A DNA stretch of 28,185 nt, taken from NCBI GenBank assembly GCA_027021705.1, contig JALUTT010000125.1:1-28185 (forward strand). Direction: 5' to 3'. The notes beneath the pieces are model-generated. The model ran no database searches. It saw only the letters and a list, made by a program, of their open reading frames with translations, and was not told the origin of the DNA. Below are positions 9,181 through 17,969 of the stretch, in pieces (within the stretch, counting starts at the first letter, position 1; every line of letters starts with the position of its first letter). A program made the translations under genes and the position numbers. This DNA is from Anaerolineae bacterium. GTDB lineage: Bacteria > Chloroflexota > Anaerolineae > S140-20.

Positions 9181-10641
9181 TTACCCACCGTAGACCCACA
9201 GGACGATGCGCGGGGTGATCTGCACCTCGACGAAGGCAGCGATGAGCAGCAGGGGAAGCACCACCAACAGGAAGAGCTTCACCAGGTCGGCCAAGGCCAA
9301 CAGCCACGCCTCCCGCAGCGTCATCCCTTCTGGCGGAGAGACCATCGAAGCTCCCAGCCGCAGGACGAGGGCTGTCGTGACGATGGCCGCCGGCAGCTCG
9401 AAGAGGCCGTGGGGCAGGACGAAGGTCGCCAGGAAGAGCAGCGGATTGTAGCCGGCGAAGCTCACCTGGGCCATGAAGAAGCCGATCATCGCCATAGGCA
9501 CCAGCAACAGGACCACGGCGAGGGCTCCAAAGGAGAAGAGGCCCAGGACGATCTCTAGGAGCAACGCCCGGACGTTGTGGTTGAAGATGCCCCAGATGGT
9601 GAAGGGGGGGAGAAAGGCGAGTTGCATCTCCTGGAAGCTCTCCATAGGAGCCCCTTTCAGGACGAGCACCCCGTTGGGCAGGGGGTAGCGGAGGGCGTAG
9701 GACCACCCCAGCCCCACTCCACCCAGCACGGCCACCAGGACGGCCACCAGAGCCAGCCGGGAGCGCCCCAGGACGAGGGGGAGGTCCCAGCGTAGCAACC
9801 GACGCAGGGTCAGAGCGCCTTCGATGCCATCGGGCTGAAGCAGGAAACGACGGAAGCTCTGCCAACCCCGCCGAAGGTCGAGGCTATCAATCTCCCGGCC
9901 CAACAGTTCCTCCCGGTTGAAGATGCGGGCACCCATACGGATCAGGATCAGGTCCACCACCAGCAGACCAGCCAGAATCCACCAGAGAACCTCGTAGCGC
10001 CCCCAGAACATAATCAGGCTCTCCCCTTGCACGAGGAAGGCCATTGGGATGATGATGAAGCTGGCCAGCAGGTTGGCCGCCCGCACGCTGGTGGTCTGGC
10101 TGGAGACGACGACGGCCCCCGAGACCATCACCAGGGCCTCGGCCGTGGTCAGCAGGAAGATCTGGGTCAGGAGCGCTGGCGAGGCCGTCCAGCCCACCGT
10201 CAGGTAGAGGGCGATCAGGTAGACGCTCATCCCCAGGTAGCTGGCCAGCAGTGGGGGAACCATCGCCGCCAGAATCTTGCCGGCGTAGAGCTGCAGGTTG
10301 GAGAGAGGGGTGGCCAGCAAGGGTTCCAGGCTCCGGCGTTCCTTCTCGCCGACGAAGGTCTCCAGGGCAATGACGAGGGAGAAGGAGATGGGGAAGAAGC
10401 CCACGATCATCAGCAGGAAGGGGATGAGCCGTTCGCCGACGATCGGTGCCCCATAACGGGCCACGAAGTCGAGGGCTACATCGGCCGTAAAGTTCATAAT
10501 GACGGGAAAGACGAGGGTCAGGAAGACGATGGGGACGACGATCCGCCAATCCCGCAGGGTGTCGGAGACCTCCCGACGGGTGATGGTCAGGGCCAGAGCG
10601 ACGCGCTCGCGGAGGGGGAGGCTTTCCATCGTTGCGATCAT
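9181..10641 (-). CDS. ABC-2 type permease fused to a C-terminal SpoIIM/DUF95-like membrane domain
   Basis: ETFVGEKERRSLEPLLATPLS...GKI (ABC-2 signature); IFNHNVRA...LPHGLFELPA...AAFVEVQITP (SpoIIM signature). ATG 10641 overlaps the ATPase stop. Confidence 0.85.
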   Translation of the reverse strand: MIATMESLPLRERVALALTITRREVSDTLRDWRIVVPIVFLTLVFPVIMNFTADVALDFVARYGAPIVGERLIPFLLMIVGFFPISFSLVIALETFVGEKERRSLEPLLATPLSNLQLYAGKILAAMVPPLLASYLGMSVYLIALYLTVGWTASPALLTQIFLLTTAEALVMVSGAVVVSSQTTSVRAANLLASFIIIPMAFLVQGESLIMFWGRYEVLWWILAGLLVVDLILIRMGARIFNREELLGREIDSLDLRRGWQSFRRFLLQPDGIEGALTLRRLLRWDLPLVLGRSRLALVAVLVAVLGGVGLGWSYALRYPLPNGVLVLKGAPMESFQEMQLAFLPPFTIWGIFNHNVRALLLEIVLGLFSFGALAVVLLLVPMAMIGFFMAQVSFAGYNPLLFLATFVLPHGLFELPAAIVTTALVLRLGASMVSPPEGMTLREAWLLALADLVKLFLLVVLPLLLIAAFVEVQITPRIVLWVYGG

Positions 10642-11609
10642 CCTTCCTCTCCTCCCATTCCTTCCACCACCCGCAGGTAGACGGACTCCAAGTTGCGGGG
10701 CACCTCGCTCAGGGTGACCACCTCTACTCCCTGTCCGGTCAGCCAGCGGACCAACCGGGGATTGGTCTGGCGGGGGTCCTCGGTCCGGTAGCGCAGCCAA
10801 GTGCTGCCCCAGGATTCCACCTGGACCAGTTCTGAGGCGCGGGGGAGCAGACCATCGAGGGGTTGGGCCACCCGTACCTCCATCAGGGGCGGTCCCAGCA
10901 GCTGGCGTTTCAGTTCGCTCGGCGTCCCCAGAGCGACGATACGCCCTCGACGGATGATGGCGATGCGGTCGGCCAGCATCTCCGCTTCGGTCAGGTTGTG
11001 GGTGCAGACAATGATGGCTCGCCGCTGGCTGCGCAGGGAGGCGATGCTGTCCCGCACCAGCTTGGCGCTGTAGGGGTCCATCGCCGAGGTGGGTTCATCC
11101 AAGAGGAGGACAGGGGGATCGTGGAGCATAGCCCGGATGAGGGCCAGTTTCTGACGCATTCCCTTGGAGAACTCGCCCAGCCGGCCGTGGAGCGCCTCGG
11201 CCATCCCAAAGCGGGCCATCAACGTTTCGATCCGCTCCCACCGCTGGGCCGGGGGCACGCCGTAAAGCCGTCCGAAGAAATCCAAGTAGTCTGCAGCCCG
11301 CATGCGCAGGTAGAGGCCCGGCATCTCGGTGAGCAGTCCCACCCGTCGGCGCACCTCCCTGGGATAGCGGGCGACGTCGAAGCCGGCGATCTCCGCCCGT
11401 CCGGCGGTGGGCATCAGGATCGCCGCCAGCATACGGACGGTCGTGGTCTTGCCAGCGCCGTTGGGACCCAGCAGGGCCAGGACCTCGCCGGCTGCGACCC
11501 TCAGGTTCACACCATCCACCGCTGTGAAGAAACCATCGGTCCCCCGCTCGCTGCTGGGAAACCGTTTGGTCAGCTGTTCCGCCTGGATCAACACGTCGTT
11601 CTCTGCCAT
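10638..11609 (-). CDS. ABC transporter ATP-binding protein (export type)
   Basis: Walker A GPNGAGKTT, signature FSKGMRQK, Walker B LLLDEPT, H-loop CTHNL. Confidence 0.95.
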   Translation of the reverse strand: MAENDVLIQAEQLTKRFPSSERGTDGFFTAVDGVNLRVAAGEVLALLGPNGAGKTTTVRMLAAILMPTAGRAEIAGFDVARYPREVRRRVGLLTEMPGLYLRMRAADYLDFFGRLYGVPPAQRWERIETLMARFGMAEALHGRLGEFSKGMRQKLALIRAMLHDPPVLLLDEPTSAMDPYSAKLVRDSIASLRSQRRAIIVCTHNLTEAEMLADRIAIIRRGRIVALGTPSELKRQLLGPPLMEVRVAQPLDGLLPRASELVQVESWGSTWLRYRTEDPRQTNPRLVRWLTGQGVEVVTLSEVPRNLESVYLRVVEGMGGEEG

Positions 11610-11652
11610 CTTCTCACCTATTCTCGCCTCTACACGTTCCTCACCTTCTCCA

Positions 11653-11681
11653 ATTCTATCACGATATGGGGAGAAAGGCAA
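11653..11681 (-). promoter_or_regulatory. sigma70 promoter for the ABC operon
   Basis: Minus strand TTGCCT (11681-11676), 17 nt, TAGAAT (11658-11653) with a TGn extension. Confidence 0.6.
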
Positions 11682-11692
11682 TGGTGGCAGAT

Positions 11693-11880
11693 TGGTGGGT
11701 AATCATCCGTTTGATGCTGGTGATTACCCATATCTTTGGAGATAGGGAGACTGGCCGTCCACGAATGGGGCACGAATACACGAATTAAGGACCGCCTCAA
11801 TCGTGCACTTGTGAGAAATTCGTGGACGGCCTGCTACGGACCACTCTCTCGCTCACTGGTGGGTAATCACCGGTTTGATG
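11693..11880. repeat. composite direct/inverted repeat element with a CACGAAT-type palindromic core
   Basis: 24-nt direct repeat at 11693-11716 and 11857-11880 (22/24 identical); inverted copy GGTGATTACCCA at 11719-11730; perfect 14-bp inverted repeat 11753-11766/11818-11831; three CACGAAT units. Confidence 0.8.
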
Positions 11881-11883
11881 GAC

Positions 11884-11912
11884 TTGACGAGTTGGACGAA
11901 GGCAGGTATAAT
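11884..11912 (+). promoter_or_regulatory. sigma70 promoter for the tRNA pair
   Basis: TTGACG (11884-11889), 17 nt, TATAAT (11907-11912), ending 11 nt upstream of the first tRNA. Confidence 0.85.
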
Positions 11913-11923
11913 TATAAGCGCGT

Positions 11924-11995
<72 letters not shown>

Positions 11996-12000
11996 CCTGA

Positions 12001-12027
12001 AGGGCGGCCGGCAAGCCGCCCTCTTTT
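12001..12027 (+). terminator. hairpin with short U-tract between the tRNAs (weak terminator or processing stem)
   Basis: AGGGCGGC-CGGCAA-GCCGCCCT then CTTTT. Confidence 0.5.
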
Positions 12028-12031
12028 CCAG

Positions 12032-12106
12032 GGCGACGTAGCTCAACGGTAGAGCAGGGGACTCATAAGCCCTTGGTTGGGGGTTCGAATCCCTCCGTCG
12101 CCACCA
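12032..12106 (+). tRNA. tRNA with CAT anticodon, most likely elongator tRNA-Met (Ile2 not excluded); CCA encoded
   Basis: GGCGACG/CGTCGCC acceptor stem, GCTC/GAGC D-stem, GGGGA-CTCATAA-GCCCT, GGGGG-TTCGAAT-CCCTC, ACCA end. Confidence 0.93.
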
Positions 12107-12132
12107 GCCAGGCGGCCTGGGCCGCCTTCCCT

Positions 12133-12161
12133 CCGGCCCGCTCAGCAGGGCCGGGTTTTTT
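12133..12161 (+). terminator. intrinsic terminator after the tRNA pair
   Basis: CCGGCCC-GCTCAGCA-GGGCCGG followed by GTTTTTT. Confidence 0.75.
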
Positions 12162-12179
12162 ATGTTAGGGCCGGGGCCG

Positions 12180-13232
12180 ATGATCCAGATTGATGGTGCC
12201 TATGGTGAAGGGGGCGGGCAGGTGCTCCGCACGTCGCTCAGCCTGGCCGTGATCACCGGTCAGGCGGTGCGCATCGTGCGCATTCGGGCCGGACGCCGGA
12301 AGCCGGGCCTGGCCGCCCAACACCTGACCGCGGTACGAGCGGCAGCGGCGATCTGTCAGGCCGAGGTCAGCGGGGACTCCCTGGGCTCGATGACCTTGGA
12401 ATTCTCCCCGTCAGCGCCCCCTCAGGCCGGCCGCTACCTCTTCGACGTCACCAAAGCCCGCGAAGGAGGCTCCGCCGGCTCCATCACCCTCGTCCTGCAG
12501 ACCATCCTGCTCCCGCTGGCCCTGGCCCATGGGAACTCCCAGGTGACCCTACGGGGGGGCACCCACGTTCCCTGGAGCCCGCCCCTGACCTACGTCGAGA
12601 CCGTCTACCTCCCCCTCCTGGCCCGGATGGGGGTTCGGGCTCAGGTGACCCTGCGGGCCTGGGGATGGTATCCCCGAGGCGGCGGCGAGGCCCATCTGGA
12701 GGTCGCCGGCGGGGCCACTCTGCAGGCCCTCACCCTGCTGGAGCGAGGCGACCTCCGCCAGGTTCAGGGGCTGGCGGTGGTGACGGAACTGCCCTCCCAC
12801 ATCCCTCAACGGATGGCTCGACGAGCGGAGAATCTGCTGCGCCGGGCCGGCCTCAAGGCTCACGTGCGCCCTCTGCGCCAACGCGGCGTTGGGCCGGGGG
12901 CCGGTCTCTTTCTCACGGCCCAGTACGAGAACAGCCTGGCCGGCTTCAGTGCCCTGGGGCGGCCGGGGCTCCGGGCAGAGCGGGTGGCTGAGATGGCCTG
13001 CCAATCGCTGTTGGCTTTCCACCAGGACGACGCACCGGTAGACCCCTTCCTGGCCGATCAGTTGGTCCTGCCGGCAGCGTTGGCCTCTCAACCCAGCCGC
13101 TACCGGGTTGCTCAGGTCACCTCCCACCTGACGACCAACGCTTGGGTAGTCCAGCAGTTTGGGCTGGCCCGCGTGACCGTGGATGAAGCCGCCAGGCTGG
13201 TAGAGGTGGAACCGAGGACGGGGACCCTATGA
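12180..13232 (+). CDS. rtcA: RNA 3'-terminal phosphate cyclase
   Basis: IDGAYGEGGGQVLRTSLSL, IRAGRRKPGLAAQHL, SAGSITLVLQT, GGTHVPWSP, GWYPRGGG, LADQL, catalytic His in TSHLTTN. Confidence 0.95.
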   Translation: MIQIDGAYGEGGGQVLRTSLSLAVITGQAVRIVRIRAGRRKPGLAAQHLTAVRAAAAICQAEVSGDSLGSMTLEFSPSAPPQAGRYLFDVTKAREGGSAGSITLVLQTILLPLALAHGNSQVTLRGGTHVPWSPPLTYVETVYLPLLARMGVRAQVTLRAWGWYPRGGGEAHLEVAGGATLQALTLLERGDLRQVQGLAVVTELPSHIPQRMARRAENLLRRAGLKAHVRPLRQRGVGPGAGLFLTAQYENSLAGFSALGRPGLRAERVAEMACQSLLAFHQDDAPVDPFLADQLVLPAALASQPSRYRVAQVTSHLTTNAWVVQQFGLARVTVDEAARLVEVEPRTGTL

Positions 13233-13247
13233 CGCGGAGGAGACCCC

Positions 13248-14030
13248 ATGGTTAACGAACCTGTGACAGAATCCACCCGGCCCAAACTGGCTCTGGCCGA
13301 GCGGGCCAAACTGCTCCAGATGAACCGTCTGCTGGAACAGCGCTTGCGGGAGATGCGCACCCTCTTTGACATCGGCAAGGCCGTGGCTGCGGCAACGGAC
13401 CTGGACACCTTGTTGACCCGCATCGTCGAAGCCGCCGTCTTTCTCCTGCACGCCGAGGAGGGCTCCTTGCTGCTCCTGGACCCCACCACCAACGAGCTCT
13501 ACCTACGGGCTCAGAAAGGTTTGGGGGAGAAACAGGCACGCCGTCTCAAGATCCGGGTGGAGGACACCCTCATCGGTGGGGTCGTCCGCACAGGCAAGCC
13601 GGTCATCCTGGGGCGTTCCCAGGTCGAGGACGGCATGCTCAAGGTGGTGACGGGCTACCTGGTCCACGCGCTGCTCTACGTGCCCCTCAAGGTGCAGGGA
13701 CAGGTGATCGGCGTGCTGGGCGTGGACAATCAGACTACCCCCCGGGACTTCACCCGCCACGACGAGCGATTGCTCTCTGCCCTGGCCGATTACGCTGCCA
13801 TCGCCATCCAGAACGCCCAGCTGCGTGCCGCCCTGGCCCGTATGCGGCCTCAGCAGGAAAGGGGCCTTCCCGGCCAGGTACGCGCTGAGGTGCAGAAGGC
13901 GCTGCAGACCATCGCCGGGAGCGTCCGCCAGGTACAACGCCACCTGACCCCCCAGGATATGGAAGCCCTGCTGGCCTTGGGGGAGATCGAGAAACAGGCT
14001 GCCCACATTGGCAAGCTGATAGGCAGTTGA
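13248..14030 (+). CDS. GAF domain protein with no output domain
   Basis: DLDTLLTRIVEAAV..AEEGSLLLLD..ELYLRA, VPLKVQGQVIGVLGVDN, FTRHDERLLSALADYAAIAIQNAQL; GGAG SD. Confidence 0.88.
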   Translation: MVNEPVTESTRPKLALAERAKLLQMNRLLEQRLREMRTLFDIGKAVAAATDLDTLLTRIVEAAVFLLHAEEGSLLLLDPTTNELYLRAQKGLGEKQARRLKIRVEDTLIGGVVRTGKPVILGRSQVEDGMLKVVTGYLVHALLYVPLKVQGQVIGVLGVDNQTTPRDFTRHDERLLSALADYAAIAIQNAQLRAALARMRPQQERGLPGQVRAEVQKALQTIAGSVRQVQRHLTPQDMEALLALGEIEKQAAHIGKLIGS

Positions 14031-14033
14031 GGG

Positions 14034-14984
14034 ATGTTTGAATTCATCTTCTTGGGCACCTCCGCTTCAGCCCCCTCCATCCGGCGAGGCCTGTCGGCCC
14101 ATGTGGTGCTCTATCGGGAGTACCGCTTCCTGATTGATTGTGGCGAAGGGACCCAGCGACAGCTCCTGCGCAGCGGCCTGGGGTTCAAACGGCTGGACAA
14201 GATCCTCCTCACCCACGGCCACCTGGACCACATCCTGGGGCTGGGTGGGCTGATCTCCACCTTCGTCCGCTGGGAGACGATGGAACGGCTGGAGATCTAC
14301 GGCAGCCCTTGGACGCTGGAGCGGGTCTACGACCTCATCTACAGGGTCGTCCTGCGGGGAGCCCAATCTCCGATGCAGATCGAGTTGATCCCCATCGCGG
14401 CGGGGGTCCTGCTGGAGGATGAGACCTTCCAGATCGAAGCTTTCCCCGTCAGCCATCGCGGTGCCCAGAGCTTTGGTTTCGTCTTCCAGGAGAAGGCCCG
14501 GCGTCCCTTCTTGGTGGAGCGGGCCGAGGCCCTGGGGGTCCCGCCAGGCCCTGAGCGCCGCCAACTGGTGAACGGTCAGCCGGTGACCCTGCCGGACGGT
14601 CGCGTGGTCACGCCCGACGATGTGCTGGGGCCACCGCGCCCGGGGGCCCGACTGGTGCACGTGGGCGATGCCGGACGGACGGACGACCTGGTCGAAGTGG
14701 CGCGGGGGGCGGATGCCCTGATCATCGAGGCGACTTACCTCTCTCACGAGGCCGATCTGGCCCGCCAGTTCGGCCACCTGACGGCGGCCCAGGCCGCTCA
14801 CCTGGCGCGGGAGGCCGGCGTGCGTCGTCTCTACCTGACCCACATCTCCCGGCGCTATCGGGAGCGGGACGTGCTGGCAGAGGCCCAGGCCATCTTCCCC
14901 GACGTTGTGGTCGCCCGCGACTTCGACCGCATCCAGGTCAAGAAGGTCCGCGAGAGCGCCCGCCAGGTGAAAGCCCCTGCCTGA
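14034..14984 (+). CDS. rnz: Ribonuclease Z (tRNA 3' endonuclease)
   Basis: [29 protein letters not shown], exosite [27 protein letters not shown]. Confidence 0.93.
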   Translation: MFEFIFLGTSASAPSIRRGLSAHVVLYREYRFLIDCGEGTQRQLLRSGLGFKRLDKILLTHGHLDHILGLGGLISTFVRWETMERLEIYGSPWTLERVYDLIYRVVLRGAQSPMQIELIPIAAGVLLEDETFQIEAFPVSHRGAQSFGFVFQEKARRPFLVERAEALGVPPGPERRQLVNGQPVTLPDGRVVTPDDVLGPPRPGARLVHVGDAGRTDDLVEVARGADALIIEATYLSHEADLARQFGHLTAAQAAHLAREAGVRRLYLTHISRRYRERDVLAEAQAIFPDVVVARDFDRIQVKKVRESARQVKAPA

Positions 14985-15026
14985 CCCGTCTCGACCACCG
15001 ACCTCTGAGAACTGGGGAGCTGAACG

Positions 15027-15320
15027 ATGTCTATCCACAAAGCGAACGTCTTTGAGCTAGCGGCAGCGGCCTACGAGATGGAAGCCAGCGTGCTCCAAGG
15101 GGTGTTGACCCGCGCTCAGGATGGCTCCTGGCGCGTTGGGGACGTGACCCTGGACGAGTGGCTCTCTCGCTACAACGGCCACGAACTGGTCCTCATCGCC
15201 GCCTCCCTCAGCGAAGAGCGGGAGTACGACGTACAGGTCTGCCAGACCTGCGGGCGGGAGTACGTGGGCTCGACCTGCCCGTACTGCCGCTCGACCTGGC
15301 GCCGCCTGCGGGGCCGTTGA
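15027..15320 (+). CDS. small hypothetical protein with C-terminal CxxC...CxxC zinc ribbon
   Basis: GGGGAG SD, GC3-rich codons, CQTCGREYVGSTCPYC. Confidence 0.75.
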   Translation: MSIHKANVFELAAAAYEMEASVLQGVLTRAQDGSWRVGDVTLDEWLSRYNGHELVLIAASLSEEREYDVQVCQTCGREYVGSTCPYCRSTWRRLRGR

Positions 15321-15382
15321 GACCCATCGCTCAAACCAGATGAGAATTTGATAAAAGTTGCGAAAAATTGGGGCTGATGGTC

Positions 15383-15411
15383 TTGACAGAGCGGGGTGAA
15401 CCGCCTACAAT
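15383..15411 (+). promoter_or_regulatory. sigma70 promoter for the HtrA pair
   Basis: TTGACA (15383-15388), 17 nt, TACAAT (15406-15411). Confidence 0.8.
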
Positions 15412-15488
15412 GGGGATAGATCCTCACCCCTTTGCCCAAAGGTTCATACCAGGGGGGATCGGTCTCCTCCCGAGAAGCGGTGTCGCCT

Positions 15489-16688
15489 ATGATGGTGCTT
15501 AAAAAACGACGGTTGATCGGTCTTTTGCTGCTGGTGCTCTCAGGAGCCCTCCTCGCCTGCTCGCTGTCGGGGCAGGCGATCCGCCGCGAGACGCGCGACT
15601 TTCCTCCAGCACGTCCAGTGGCTCTGCAGACGCTTCCTCCCCTGCCCACTCCCACACCTCTACCCGAAGCCATCTATCAGGAGATAGATGCCGAAGACGC
15701 CCTGCTGATCCACATCTACCAGCGGGTGAACCCGGCGGTGGTGAACATTGACGTGGCCGCCCGCCATTTCAGCGACGAGCCCATCGGGATGGGCAGCGGG
15801 TCCGGCTTCGTCATTGACAAAGAGGGCCACATCGTCACCAACCAGCACGTGGTGGCCGGAGCCGAGCAGATCGAGGTCACCTTCTACGACGGCAGCGTGG
15901 CCGAAGCCCGCATCGTGGGGCAGGACGAGGACAGCGACCTGGCCGTCCTCAAAGTGGACCTTCCCCCCGAGCGGCTGGTGCCGGTGGAGCTGGGCGATTC
16001 CAGCACCCTGCAGGTGGGACAGCGGGTGATCGCCATCGGCAACCCCTTTGGCTTGCAAGGGACAATGACCACGGGCATCATCAGCGCGTTAGGGCGGACC
16101 CTCCCCGGCCGGGTCACCGACGCCGGAGGCCGTTACCAGATCCCCGACGTGATCCAGACCGACGCCGCCATCAACCCCGGCAACTCCGGCGGCCCCCTGC
16201 TGGACTCCCGAGGGCGGGTCATCGGAGTCAATTCCGCCATCCGCTCCCAGACAGGGGCCAACACGGGCATCGGGTTCGCCATCCCCATCAATGTGGTCAA
16301 ACGGGTCGTGCCCCAGTTGATCGCCCGCGGTCGGGCCACCTACGCCTACCTGGGCATCACCTCCGATGGCCGCTTCACCGTGGCCGAGCTGGGGCAGTAC
16401 ACCGAGATGCCGGTGGACCACGGGGTGCTGATCGCTGAGGTGGCACCAGGCGGACCGGCGGCCCAGGCGGGCCTGCGGGGAGGCGACCGGACGATCACCG
16501 TGCTGGGATCCGAGGTGCGGGTGGGCGGTGATATCATCATCGCCATTGACGGCCGTCCGCTGCGCGACTTCGACGACCTGATCGCCTACCTGGTCGAGGA
16601 GACCGAACCGGGGCAGGAGGTCCTGCTCACCGTCGTGCGGGATGGCGAGACGCTGGAGATCCCCGTCACGCTGGGAGAGAGGCCGTAG
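15489..16688 (+). CDS. HtrA/DegS-family serine protease with one PDZ domain, predicted lipoprotein
   Basis: KKRR + hydrophobic stretch + LLAC lipobox; TNQHV, SDLAV, AIGNPFG, IQTDAAINPGNSGGPL; PDZ GDIIIAIDG. Confidence 0.93.
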   Translation: MMVLKKRRLIGLLLLVLSGALLACSLSGQAIRRETRDFPPARPVALQTLPPLPTPTPLPEAIYQEIDAEDALLIHIYQRVNPAVVNIDVAARHFSDEPIGMGSGSGFVIDKEGHIVTNQHVVAGAEQIEVTFYDGSVAEARIVGQDEDSDLAVLKVDLPPERLVPVELGDSSTLQVGQRVIAIGNPFGLQGTMTTGIISALGRTLPGRVTDAGGRYQIPDVIQTDAAINPGNSGGPLLDSRGRVIGVNSAIRSQTGANTGIGFAIPINVVKRVVPQLIARGRATYAYLGITSDGRFTVAELGQYTEMPVDHGVLIAEVAPGGPAAQAGLRGGDRTITVLGSEVRVGGDIIIAIDGRPLRDFDDLIAYLVEETEPGQEVLLTVVRDGETLEIPVTLGERP

Positions 16689-17854
16689 TGAGAAGCTGGC
16701 GCTGGGCGTTCTTCAGCGGGGTGGTGGTCGGGCTCCTGATGGGATTGCTCCCCCTGGGCTGCGACCGGCGACCGGTGGCCCCGACATCCTTACCCACAGC
16801 GACACCTCTCATCCTCGTGGCCACCCCTACCCCTCTGCCGCCGGAAACCCTCCCGGTGGTGGACGTGGAGGAACAGATCGTCACCAGTGTCTACGATCGG
16901 GTCAGCCCCTCCGTCGTCCACATCACCAGCCGTACCGAGGTCTTCGACTTCTTCCGGGGCATCGTCCCCCGAGAGGGCACCGGCTCGGGCTTCGTCTGGG
17001 ACCGGGAAGGGCACATCGTGACCAACAACCACGTGATCGAGGGGGCCCAGGAGGTGGTCATCATCCTGGCCGATGGCACGGAGGCCCCGGCCCAGTTGGT
17101 GGGTGCCGACGCCTACAACGACCTGGCCGTCCTCAAGATCGAAGTCCCCGCCGAGAAGCTCACCCCCGTCGAGTTGGGCGATTCCAGCACCCTTCGGGTC
17201 GGACAGCGGGTGATCGCCATCGGCAACCCCTTTGGGCTGGACCGGACGTTGACCACGGGCGTCATCAGCGCCCTGGGCCGGGTGATCCAGACGGATGCCG
17301 GCCCCCTGGGCGAGGCCATCCAGACCGATGCCGCCATCAACCCCGGCAACTCCGGCGGCCCCCTGCTGGATTCCCGGGGGAAGGTCATCGGCGTCAACAC
17401 CGCCATCCGCTCCCCCAGCGGGGGGTCGGTGGGCATCGGCTTCGCCGTGCCGGTGAACACGGTGAAGCGGGTGGTGCCCGAGCTGATCACCCGGGGCTAC
17501 TATCCCCATCCCGACCTGGGCTTCTCGGCCCTGGAGCTGACCTACGAGGTCTCGCCCGGTGACATCGGCGTGGAGCACGGGCTGCTGGTCGTCTCCGTGC
17601 GCCCGGGCAGCCCCGCCGAGCAGATCGGCCTGCGCCCGGCCCGGCGCCGCCGAACCGTCTTCGGTCGGTTGATCTTCACCGGAGGCGACATCGTCACCGC
17701 TGTGGATGGCCGTCCCTTGAAAACGCGGGACGACCTGGTCCTCTACCTGGAGAACCGCAAGCGAGTGGGCGACCAAGTCACCCTGACCGTCTGGCGCGAT
17801 GGCAAGAGCATCGAGCTGACGGCCACGCTGGCGATGCGGCCGCGCGAGGGCTAA
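16688..17854 (+). CDS. second HtrA-family serine protease with one PDZ domain, probable lipoprotein
   Basis: GTG start overlapping the upstream TAG; PLGC lipobox-like; TNNHV, NDLAV, GNSGGPL; PDZ GDIVTAVDG. Confidence 0.93.
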   Translation: MRSWRWAFFSGVVVGLLMGLLPLGCDRRPVAPTSLPTATPLILVATPTPLPPETLPVVDVEEQIVTSVYDRVSPSVVHITSRTEVFDFFRGIVPREGTGSGFVWDREGHIVTNNHVIEGAQEVVIILADGTEAPAQLVGADAYNDLAVLKIEVPAEKLTPVELGDSSTLRVGQRVIAIGNPFGLDRTLTTGVISALGRVIQTDAGPLGEAIQTDAAINPGNSGGPLLDSRGKVIGVNTAIRSPSGGSVGIGFAVPVNTVKRVVPELITRGYYPHPDLGFSALELTYEVSPGDIGVEHGLLVVSVRPGSPAEQIGLRPARRRRTVFGRLIFTGGDIVTAVDGRPLKTRDDLVLYLENRKRVGDQVTLTVWRDGKSIELTATLAMRPREG

Positions 17855-17969
17855 CGGTCGTAACGCCGGCGAGCTGACCATCAGACATCGCGGAGTCCAG
17901 AACCCCCTGATCCTCCACGGGAGAGCGATCGCCAACCTCCGACTTACTTTCAGAAGAAGGGAGAGGGAG

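Noticed and set aside
11693..11880. CRISPR array
   Set aside because: Only two direct copies separated by 140 nt, and no cas genes.
16017..17370. Identical 35-nt and 41-nt stretches shared by the two htrA genes
   Set aside because: They encode the most conserved motifs (GQRVIAIGNPFG, AAINPGNSGGPLL) under strong codon bias; not independent repeats.
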